Shown one piece after another: positions 37,784 to 45,024 of a DNA stretch of 53,287 nucleotides. The position numbers and the translations under genes are program-made. This stretch comes from Thermoanaerobaculia bacterium (GTDB lineage: Bacteria > Acidobacteriota > Thermoanaerobaculia > Multivoradales > UBA5704). How positions within the stretch are numbered: the first letter of the stretch is position 1; every line of letters starts with the position of its first letter. Under the pieces are notes generated by a model. The model searched no databases. It saw nothing but the letters and a program-made list of their open reading frames with translations, and was not told the origin of the DNA. Where the stretch lies: the NCBI GenBank assembly GCA_035462575.1, contig DATHUD010000712.1, forward strand, positions 1 through 53,287, given 5' to 3'.

Positions 37784-38991
37784 CCCACGCTCTCGCGGGG
37801 GTGGCTGCCGGCCGCCCCCGCCTTCACCTTCTCCTCCCCGTACGCCAGCCTCGCCAGCGTGTCGATCGCGTGGTCGCACTCCGCCTCGGTGTTGTAGAAG
37901 TGGGGCGAGAGGCGGATGCCCGCGTTCGGCCGGTAGTCGCAGATGATCTCCCGGGCGATCAGCTCCTTCGACAGCCGCTCGGCATCGGGATGCCAGACCG
38001 ACACCGTGCCGCCCCGGTGCTTGGGGTCGCGCGGCGTCCGCAGCTCGAAGCCCGCCTCTTCGGCCGCGGCCATCAGGTGGGACGTCAGAGCGAGCGAGCG
38101 CTCGCGGATCTTCTTCGCCCCCACGCCCGCCACGATCTTGTACCCGGCCCGGCAGGAGTAGAGGGCGGGGATGTTGGGCGTGCCCGTGAGGAACCGCCAG
38201 GCCCCGTGGGCGTAGCGGATGGGGCCGGGCCGGAAGGCGAAGGGCTCCTCGTCCGCCTGCCAGCCGGTGAGGGTCGGCTCGAGCGTGTCCGCGATCTCGG
38301 GGTTGACCCAGAGATAGCCCGCGCCGGGGCCGCCGCAGAGCCACTTGACCGACCCGCCCACGGCCGCGTGCACCCCCCACGCCTCCAGCTCCAGCGGGAC
38401 CACCCCCGTGGACTGATAGACGTCCAGGAGCAGGATCGCCCCGACCTCCCGGCAGCGCTTCGCGATCGCCTCGGCGTCCTGCACGAAGGCGCTCCGGAAA
38501 AGGGTGTGGGAGATGGGGACGAGCCGCGTCCGCTCGTCGATCGCCGCCAAGAGCCGCTCGGTGGGGAGGCCGATGCCGTCGTCCGAGGGGACGGTCACGA
38601 TCTCCGCCCCCTTCTTCCTCTCCCCTTCGAGCAGGTACATCACGTTGGGGAAGTGCAGCCCCTCGTAGACGATGCGGTTTCTCTCCGCGGGGTAGTCGAT
38701 GCAGGAGAGGAACAGGGCCGCCGCCACCGAGACGTTCTGGTGCATCGCGATGAACCCGGGGCGCACCCCGAGGAGGGGGGCGAGGAGATCGCCCGTCTCG
38801 ACCGGCATCTCCCACCACCCTTCGTGCCAGGCGCGCACGCCCCGCGTCTCCCACTGGCGGGCGAAGGCCTCGACCTCGTCGTGGACGGTGCGCGGCATCG
38901 CCCCCAGCGAGTTGTTGATGAGATAGGTCGTGCGCTCGAGGATCGGGAACTCCGAGCGCAGCGCCAGCAGGTCTTCGTGCGGGGCGGCCAT
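37780..38991 (-). CDS. Class V aminotransferase-fold PLP enzyme, kynureninase-like
   Basis: 403 aa. GGSVKWLCGGPGAGYLWV is the PLP-lysine context, as in the kynureninase and cysteine desulfurase fold. It is the last gene of the crotonase/thiolase operon. Confidence 0.75.
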   Translation of the reverse strand: MAAPHEDLLALRSEFPILERTTYLINNSLGAMPRTVHDEVEAFARQWETRGVRAWHEGWWEMPVETGDLLAPLLGVRPGFIAMHQNVSVAAALFLSCIDYPAERNRIVYEGLHFPNVMYLLEGERKKGAEIVTVPSDDGIGLPTERLLAAIDERTRLVPISHTLFRSAFVQDAEAIAKRCREVGAILLLDVYQSTGVVPLELEAWGVHAAVGGSVKWLCGGPGAGYLWVNPEIADTLEPTLTGWQADEEPFAFRPGPIRYAHGAWRFLTGTPNIPALYSCRAGYKIVAGVGAKKIRERSLALTSHLMAAAEEAGFELRTPRDPKHRGGTVSVWHPDAERLSKELIAREIICDYRPNAGIRLSPHFYNTEAECDHAIDTLARLAYGEEKVKAGAAGSHPRESVG

Positions 38992-38995
38992 CGCC

Positions 38996-39772
38996 CTACC
39001 TCCCCGTCCACTGCGCCGGCCGCTTTTCGAGGAACGCCTTGACTCCCTCCTCCTTGTCGGCCGACGAGAAGCAGAGGCAGAAGAGGTCGCGCTCGTAGGT
39101 GATGCCGTCCTCGACCGGCAGCCGCTCGCTCGCGCGCAGGGCCTCCTTGGCGACCTTGATCGTGAGCGGGCTCTTCCCCGCGATCTTCCCGGCGAGCTCC
39201 AGCGTCTTCGCCCGCAGCTCCTCGGCCGGCACGACCATCTCGACGAGGCCGATCTCCTTGGCCTCGGCGGCCGGGATCATGTCGCCGGTCAGGATGAGCC
39301 GCATGGCCTGGCCCACGCCCACGAGGCGGGGGAGGCGCTGCGTGCCGCCGCCGCCCGGGATCAGCCCCAGGTTGATCTCCGGCTGGCCGAAGCGGGCCTT
39401 GTCCGAGGCGATGCGGATGTCGCACGACATGGCGAGCTCGCAGCCGCCGCCCAGGCAGAAGCCGTTGATCATGGCGATGACGGGCTTGGGATAGGAGGCC
39501 ATGATGTCGAAGATCCGCGGGCTCCGCATGGCGTGCCGCTGGTCGAACGGCGTCCGCCCCGCGAATTCGCCGATGTCCGCCCCGGCGATGAACGACTTCT
39601 CCCCGGCGCCGGTGATCACGATCACGCCCACCTCGGCGTCGTGCTCGAGCTGCGCCAGGATCTCCAGCATCTCGTCGCGCACCTGCTGGTTCAGGGCGTT
39701 CAGCTTGTCGGGACGGTTGATCGTCAGGATGGCGACGCGCCCTTCGCGCTCCACCAGAATGGTTTCAGGCAT
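38996..39772 (-). CDS. Enoyl-CoA hydratase/isomerase (crotonase) family protein
   Basis: 258 aa. FIAGADI, GFCLGGGCELAMSCD and GQPEINLGLIPGGGGTQRL motifs. Confidence 0.9.
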   Translation of the reverse strand: MPETILVEREGRVAILTINRPDKLNALNQQVRDEMLEILAQLEHDAEVGVIVITGAGEKSFIAGADIGEFAGRTPFDQRHAMRSPRIFDIMASYPKPVIAMINGFCLGGGCELAMSCDIRIASDKARFGQPEINLGLIPGGGGTQRLPRLVGVGQAMRLILTGDMIPAAEAKEIGLVEMVVPAEELRAKTLELAGKIAGKSPLTIKVAKEALRASERLPVEDGITYERDLFCLCFSSADKEEGVKAFLEKRPAQWTGR

Positions 39773-39806
39773 CGGATATCTCCTCTATCGGAATCGGATT
39801 CGAAAA

Positions 39807-40577
39807 TTACCGGTGCTTCCACACCGGTTGCCGCTTTTCGAGGAAGGCGGCCACGCCCTCCTCCATGTCCTCGGTGCGGCAGAGCTCTTCCACGTAGACG
39901 CGCTCGGCCAGGTCGAGCGCGTCCGCGAAGGCGCGGTCCCGGCCGGCGCGGACGACTTTCTTGGCCAGCCGGGTGACGGCCGTGCTCTTCCCCCCGATCT
40001 CCCGGGCGAAGCGGGCGACCGCTTCGTCCAGGCTTCCGGCTTCCACCCGCCGCGTCACGAGCCCCATCCGCTCCGCCTCGTCGCAGGTGAGGATGCGGCC
40101 GGTCAACACGAGGTCCAGGGTGCGGCCCGCGCCGATGAGCGAGGGGTAGAGCGCCGCGGCCACGGGAGGGTAGCACCCCAGGTCGATCTCCGGCTGGCCG
40201 AAGCGGGCGTCTTCGGTCGCGATCACCAGGTCGCACGCGAGCGCCACCTCCATGCCGCCACCGAGGCAGTGGCCATGGACGGCCGCGACCGTCACCGCGT
40301 CCAGCTCCCGCAGCTTGCGGATCGCGCCGTGGAGGCTTTCGAGCATGGGGCCCACCTTGTCCGGCGTGTGGTCCTGCACGGACACGCCCGCCGAGAAGGC
40401 GCGGTCGCCGGCTCCACGGAGGAAGACCACCTGAAGCTCGGGATCGGCCGCGAGCTCCGAGACCGCCTCGCCCAGCCGGGCGATGGTCGGGATGTCCAGG
40501 ATGTTGAGCGGCGGACGGTTGAGCGTAACGGTCGCGGCGCGGCCGTCTTTGCGGAGGAGGATCGTGGGCTCGCTCAT
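39807..40577 (-). CDS. Enoyl-CoA hydratase/isomerase (crotonase) family protein
   Basis: 256 aa (MSEPTILLRKDGRAATVTLNRP...), GHCLGGGMEVALACD motif. ATGA overlap with the upstream gene. Confidence 0.85.
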   Translation of the reverse strand: MSEPTILLRKDGRAATVTLNRPPLNILDIPTIARLGEAVSELAADPELQVVFLRGAGDRAFSAGVSVQDHTPDKVGPMLESLHGAIRKLRELDAVTVAAVHGHCLGGGMEVALACDLVIATEDARFGQPEIDLGCYPPVAAALYPSLIGAGRTLDLVLTGRILTCDEAERMGLVTRRVEAGSLDEAVARFAREIGGKSTAVTRLAKKVVRAGRDRAFADALDLAERVYVEELCRTEDMEEGVAAFLEKRQPVWKHR

Positions 40578-41263
40578 CGCTCGGTTGCGCGGACGAAATC
40601 CGTCCACAAGGCCCGCTGCGGGTCGAGGGCGATCAGGTTTTCGGGGTGCCACTGGACTCCCCGCACCCACCAGCCGGAGCCGGCGAGCACGGCGGCCTCG
40701 ATCAGGCCGTCCGGCGACTCGGCCACGGGCACGAGGCCGTCCGCCAGCCGCTTGATGGCCTGGTGATGGCGGCTGTTGACGAGCGGAGCGTCCCCGGTCA
40801 GCCGCTCGGCGATCGGAGCGCCGGGGTCGAGCACGCGCACCGCATGGGCGAGGAGGTCCTTGGGCTCGGCCACGCTGTGCTCCACCGCGCTCGGCCGCTG
40901 CGTGGGCAGGTCCTGCCAGAGCGAGCCGCCGAGCCAGACGTTCAGCACCTGGATCCCGCGGCAGACGGCCCAGACCGGGATCTGCGCCGCGCGGGCGGCG
41001 TCGAGCAGGCTCCACTCCAGGTCGTCCCGCTCCGGAAAAGTCTCCACGCCGGCGTTGGGGAGGGTCTCCTCGCCGTAGCGCGCCGGCACCACGTCCACAC
41101 CGCCGCAGAGCACGAGCCCCCGGGCGAAGCAGAGCTCGGGGACCGGCTCGCCGGGAGTGACCACCCGGATGCCCTCCGCCGGCACGCCCGCCGCCTGGAG
41201 CGCCTCGACGTAGGGGACCGCGTACTCGTCCGTCCCCGTCGCGACGAGGATCTCGCCGCTCAC
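40574..41263 (-). CDS. Class I glutamine amidotransferase / peptidase C26 (gamma-glutamyl hydrolase-like)
   Basis: 229 aa with catalytic Cys context AVCRGIQVLN, plus SRHHQA and VQWHPE. The GTG start overlaps the thiolase stop. Confidence 0.8.
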   Translation of the reverse strand: MSGEILVATGTDEYAVPYVEALQAAGVPAEGIRVVTPGEPVPELCFARGLVLCGGVDVVPARYGEETLPNAGVETFPERDDLEWSLLDAARAAQIPVWAVCRGIQVLNVWLGGSLWQDLPTQRPSAVEHSVAEPKDLLAHAVRVLDPGAPIAERLTGDAPLVNSRHHQAIKRLADGLVPVAESPDGLIEAAVLAGSGWWVRGVQWHPENLIALDPQRALWTDFVRATER

Positions 41264-42462
41264 GCCGCCTCCCGCTCGACGAGCGCCGCGAGCCCCAGGC
41301 CGCCCGAGACGCAGAGCGTCGCGATCCCGCGCTCCAGATTCCGCGCCTCCATTCCGTGGAGCAGGGTCACGAGGATGCGGGCGCCCGTGGCGCCGATCGG
41401 GTGGCCGAGGGAGATGGCCCCGCCGTCCGGATTCACCCTGGCGGGATCGAAATCGAGGCTCTTCAGGCAGGCGAGCACCTGGCAGGCGAACGCTTCGTTC
41501 AGCTCGACCTCGTCGATCGCGGAAATCGGAAGGCCAGTCTTCTGGAGGAGCTTCCGCACCGCCGGCACCGGGCCGATGCCCATGATCCGCGGCTCGACCC
41601 CCACGACCTCCCAGCCCACGAGGCGCGCCACGACCGGCAGCCCCAGCTCTGCGGCCGCCCGGCGGGAGGCCACGACGATCGACGCGGCGCCGTCCGTGAT
41701 CCCCGAGGCGTTGCCCGCGGTCACCCGCCCGCCGTCCTTGCGGAAGACCGGGTCGAGCTTCTCGAGCGAGGCGAGCGTCACGCCGTCCCGCGGGTGCTCG
41801 TCCCTGTCCACCACGGTCTCGCCCTTCTTGCCGGCGACCTTGACCGGCGCGATCTCGCTCTCGAACCGGCCCCGGGCGCGGGCGCGCTCGGAGCGGTTCT
41901 GGCTCTCGACCGCCCAGGAGTCGGACGCTCCGCGGTCGATGCCGCATTCCAAGGCCAGCTCCTCGGCCGTCTCGCCCATCACCAGCTCCGAGAGCGGGTC
42001 GTTGAAGCCGTCCTTGTACATGCCGTCCACGACCTCGGCGTTCCCCATCCGGTAGCCCCAGCGGGCCCGGGGGAGGAAATACGGGGTGTTCGACATGCTC
42101 TCCGTGCCGCCCGCGAGCACCACCTCGGCCTCGCCGGTCAGGATCGTCCGCGCCGCCGAGAGCACGGCCTGGAGCCCCGAGCCGCACGCCTGGTTCACCG
42201 TGTACGCCGGCCGCTCCACCGGCACGCCCGCCCGGAACGCGATCTGCCGCGCCGTGTTGGGTCCGCCCCCCGCCTGCCGGGCGTGCCCGAAGATCACCTG
42301 GTCGACCTTCGCGGGATCGAGCCCCGCGCGCGAAAGGCACGCCTGGGCCGCCGCCGTCCCCAGGTCGGCCGCCGAAAGCGAGGCGAGCGCCCCGCCGAAT
42401 CTTCCGATGGGCGTCCGCACCGGGGAGGCGAGGACGATGTCGTTGTCGTGCTTGTCTGCCAT
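41260..42462 (-). CDS. Acetyl-CoA C-acetyltransferase (thiolase II)
   Basis: Active-site contexts VNQACGSGLQA, GNASGITDGA and LCVSGGLG. Start at ATG 42460-42462 (MADKHDNDIVL...). Confidence 0.95.
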   Translation of the reverse strand: MADKHDNDIVLASPVRTPIGRFGGALASLSAADLGTAAAQACLSRAGLDPAKVDQVIFGHARQAGGGPNTARQIAFRAGVPVERPAYTVNQACGSGLQAVLSAARTILTGEAEVVLAGGTESMSNTPYFLPRARWGYRMGNAEVVDGMYKDGFNDPLSELVMGETAEELALECGIDRGASDSWAVESQNRSERARARGRFESEIAPVKVAGKKGETVVDRDEHPRDGVTLASLEKLDPVFRKDGGRVTAGNASGITDGAASIVVASRRAAAELGLPVVARLVGWEVVGVEPRIMGIGPVPAVRKLLQKTGLPISAIDEVELNEAFACQVLACLKSLDFDPARVNPDGGAISLGHPIGATGARILVTLLHGMEARNLERGIATLCVSGGLGLAALVEREAA

Positions 42463-42517
42463 GGATTGGTCCGATACCTGCCTTGTTCTCATTACGGGCC
42501 GAGGCCCCGCGCCCCAG

Positions 42518-42679
42518 AACCCTCACCCCGACCCTCTCCCAGCCTCCCGGCCACCACCCGGGAGAGGGCGCCCCCGCCCAAGACGCGACATGTCACGTCT
42601 CCACCTGTTTATTCCAGCTCCCTCCTCTCCCGGCGGTGGACGGGAGGCTGGGAGAGGAGGGCCGGGGAGGTGAGGGCCC
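42518..42679. repeat. Nested-palindrome repeat element, copy 2 (subfamily B)
   Basis: Left arm AACCCTCACCCCGACCCTCTCCCAGCC, right arm GGCTGGGAGAGGAGGGCCGGGGAGGTGAGGGCCC. Inner arms CCCGGGAGAGGGCGCC and GCTCCCTCCTCTCCCGG. It is intergenic within the thiolase/crotonase operon. Confidence 0.8.
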
Positions 42680-42702
42680 TCCCCCTGCGAAACCGCCTGG
42701 AA

Positions 42703-43524
42703 TCAATACCCCCGGAACTCGGGCTTGCGCTTCGAGATGTAGGCGTCCAGGCCCTCCTTGGCGTCCGGGCTCTCGAAGAGCTGCTGCTGGAGCTCGCGCT
42801 CGATCGCGAGGCCGCTCTCGAACGGCACCTCCCAGCCGGACTGCACCGACCGCTTGATCCGGCCGACCGCCTTGGCCGCCTTGTTCGGCGGGCAGAACTG
42901 CTTGGCGTACTCGTGGACCTGGCCGAGGAAGTCGTCGCCGTCGAGGATCGTGTTGACGATCCCCATCCGCTGCGCCTCCTCGAAGTCGATCAGCCGGCCG
43001 GTCGCCATCAGCTCGATCGACTGGCTCTTGCCGACCCGCCGGGAGAGGCGCTGCGTGCCGCCCGTGCCGGGAAGAACGCCGAGCGTCACCTCGGGAAGGC
43101 CGACCTTGCCCGAGCCCTTCTTCGCGATCAGGATGTCCGCCGCCATGGCGATCTCCAAGCCGCCGCCCACCGTGTGCCCTTCGAGCGCCGCGATGACCAG
43201 CTTGGGCGTCTGCTCCAGGCGGTTCAGCGTCTCGTTGGCGTGCAGGCAGAAGTAGTACTTGAAGTAGGGATCGGACGACTTCAGCATATTGATGTTGGCG
43301 CCGGCGCAGAAGAACTTGTCCCCCTCGCCCTTGACCACGAGGACGTAGACGTCCTTGTCGAACCGCGCCTTCAAGATCGCCTCGTCCAACTGGCGCATCA
43401 TCTCGTGGGTGTAGGTGTTCGCCGGAGGATCTTCCAGCGTCAGGTAGGCGACGCCGTCCCTGGTCTCGTAGTGCACCAGAGTCTTCTGGGCGGTGGTCGC
43501 TTCGGCAACGGTGGTCTCAGCCAT
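42703..43524 (-). CDS. Enoyl-CoA hydratase/isomerase (crotonase) family protein
   Basis: 273 aa. FFCAGANI, GHTVGGGLEIAMAAD and LPEVTLGVLPGTGGTQRL motifs. GAGGAG SD before the ATG at 43522-43524. Confidence 0.85.
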   Translation of the reverse strand: MAETTVAEATTAQKTLVHYETRDGVAYLTLEDPPANTYTHEMMRQLDEAILKARFDKDVYVLVVKGEGDKFFCAGANINMLKSSDPYFKYYFCLHANETLNRLEQTPKLVIAALEGHTVGGGLEIAMAADILIAKKGSGKVGLPEVTLGVLPGTGGTQRLSRRVGKSQSIELMATGRLIDFEEAQRMGIVNTILDGDDFLGQVHEYAKQFCPPNKAAKAVGRIKRSVQSGWEVPFESGLAIERELQQQLFESPDAKEGLDAYISKRKPEFRGY

Positions 43525-43626
43525 ATCGTTCTCCTCTCGTCGGATTTGAGGGATGGGTTCCGGGGCGCGCCGCCCGGGCGGGACTCGCGGCGTATTCTCC
43601 CACGAGACGGGAGGAGCGTCCACCAG

Positions 43627-43760
43627 GGGCCCTCACCACCCCGGCCCTCCTCTCCCATCGCCCCCCCAACCCCCGGGAGAGGAGGGAGACTGCTGCCCGA
43701 GAGGGAGGGGGCGCCCTCTCCCGGAGGTTGGGGGGGCGATGGGAGAGGGTCGGGGTGAGG
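43627..43760. repeat. Nested-palindrome repeat element, copy 3 (subfamily B, inverted relative to copies 2 and 4)
   Basis: GGGCCCTCACCACCCCGGCCCTCCTCTCCCATCGCCC...GGGCGATGGGAGAGGGTCGGGGTGAGG. It matches the reverse complement of copy 4 arm for arm. Confidence 0.8.
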
Positions 43761-43819
43761 TTTCGGGGCGGGGGCTGCAGTCCGATAAAGTAGAGCCGGG
43801 ACACCGAAAGGAGCTCCTC

Positions 43820-44617
43820 ATGAACCCTCGCCGTCTCGCCTTCCTCGCCGCCGTCTTCCTGCTGACCGTTCCACCGGCCGGGGCGGAGACGCCGGTCATC
43901 AGAATTCTCGCGGCCTATACCCCGGCGGCCGGATCCGGCGAGAGGCTCGGCAAGGCGGTGGAGGAGACCAATCTCCGCTTCGAGAAGCTCGGGGTGACGC
44001 CGCGCCTGGAGCTCGCCCACGCCGTCCCGGTGGACTACGAGGAGGCCCGGACCCGCGATCCCCTCGGAACCGACCTCGAACGCCTCCACGGGAAGACCGA
44101 CGGCTACCTGTACGAGCTCCACGCCCTCCGCGACGCCTACGAGGCGGACCTCCTCGTCCTCCTGGTCGGAGACGCCGCGAACGACCGGGACTGCGGCCGG
44201 GTCCACGACGCCTTCCTCGTCCTCGAAGCCGGCTGCGCGGACGCCCCCGGCACCCTCACCCGCCAGCTCGCGCTCCTGGCCGGCATCCCCGAAGACGATC
44301 CCGCCGCCTGGAACGCCCAGGGCGAAATCCTCGCCCGCTTCCGCTCCCCCGTCGCCGTGACGCTTACCTGCGACGGCCGGGGCCCCCGCTTCGACTGCCA
44401 CGCCGCCGCCGAGGGAGGCAGCGGCCCCTACCTCTACCAATGGAGCTTCCGCGGAGAGGGGACGCTTACCGCCGAAGGCACCCACGCCGGGATCGCCATG
44501 GCCCCGGACTGCGACGCGGAGGACGCGGCGCCGTTCGTCTGGGTCACTGTGAAGGACGCCACGACGGCGACGACCTACGCGTCGCGTTCTCTGGGATGCT
44601 GGGCGGAAGCCCACTGA
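43820..44617 (+). CDS. Secreted reprolysin/M12B-like protein lacking the HExxH zinc site, with a C-terminal PKD/Ig-like segment
   Basis: AAAGGAG SD and a signal peptide (LAFLAAVFLLTVPPAGA). IRILAAYTPAAG...AYEADLLVLLVGD...DCG resembles Reprolysin_4/5-type metallopeptidase N-halves. The expected HExxGH position reads TLTRQLALLAG. GGSGPYLYQWSF resembles a PKD-like repeat. The family call is by eye only. Confidence 0.5.
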   Translation: MNPRRLAFLAAVFLLTVPPAGAETPVIRILAAYTPAAGSGERLGKAVEETNLRFEKLGVTPRLELAHAVPVDYEEARTRDPLGTDLERLHGKTDGYLYELHALRDAYEADLLVLLVGDAANDRDCGRVHDAFLVLEAGCADAPGTLTRQLALLAGIPEDDPAAWNAQGEILARFRSPVAVTLTCDGRGPRFDCHAAAEGGSGPYLYQWSFRGEGTLTAEGTHAGIAMAPDCDAEDAAPFVWVTVKDATTATTYASRSLGCWAEAH

Positions 44618-44636
44618 ACCAGCTCATCTGCGCGGC

Positions 44637-44843
44637 AAAACCCACTGGGTCTGCGGGAAAACCCACTGGGTTTTCGGCAGAACCCACTGGGTTTTCGGGA
44701 AAATCCACTGGGTTTTTGGCAGAACCCACTGGGTTTTCGGCGGAACCCAGTGGGTTTTTGGCAAAACCCACTGGGTTTTTGGCAGAACCCACTGGATCTG
44801 CGCCAGATCCACTCCGTTTCGGAACGGAATCCAAGTGGATTCC
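44637..44843. repeat. Tandem array of 21-bp units, each containing a 17-bp palindrome (consensus ARAACCCACTGGGTTTTYGGC)
   Basis: The CCCACTGGG core occurs at 44641, 44662, 44683, 44704, 44725, 44746, 44767 and 44788, in exact 21-bp steps. Two degenerate palindromic units follow. No stop codon occurs in any frame across the array. Confidence 0.9.
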
Positions 44844-45024
44844 GGGACAGGAGCACCGGTTTGGGCGCCGGAGGAGTTGGTTTCTGTCGCCGTCAGGAGC
44901 GGATCTGGCTCGGAAATGCTGGCTTGGGAGGACCCGGAGTCGGTGATTCGAACGGGAGATGGGCGAGATCTTGCTAAACTCTCGGTAGTTTCCCCGACCG
45001 TTTCGAGCTGCCAGGAGGCCGACC

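Noticed and set aside
40574-43758. 650-aa (-) and 800-aa (+) ORFs across the thiolase/crotonase region
   Set aside because: These are shadow frames. The real genes are the 229-aa amidotransferase-like protein (GTG 41263), the thiolase and the crotonase.
44637-44843. CRISPR array
   Set aside because: The units abut each other with no unique spacers, the period is only 21 bp, and there are no cas genes in the window.
44440-44977. Reading the 21-bp array as a protein with heptad repeats (KPTGFSA/EPTGFSG...), or as any of the five ORFs listed there
   Set aside because: All six frames are open simply because the unit has no stop codon. The plus-strand ORF needs a start inside the preceding gene in another frame. 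Each unit is a DNA palindrome, which a coding heptad repeat has no reason to be. The coding alternative is kept as the refutation test in the finding.
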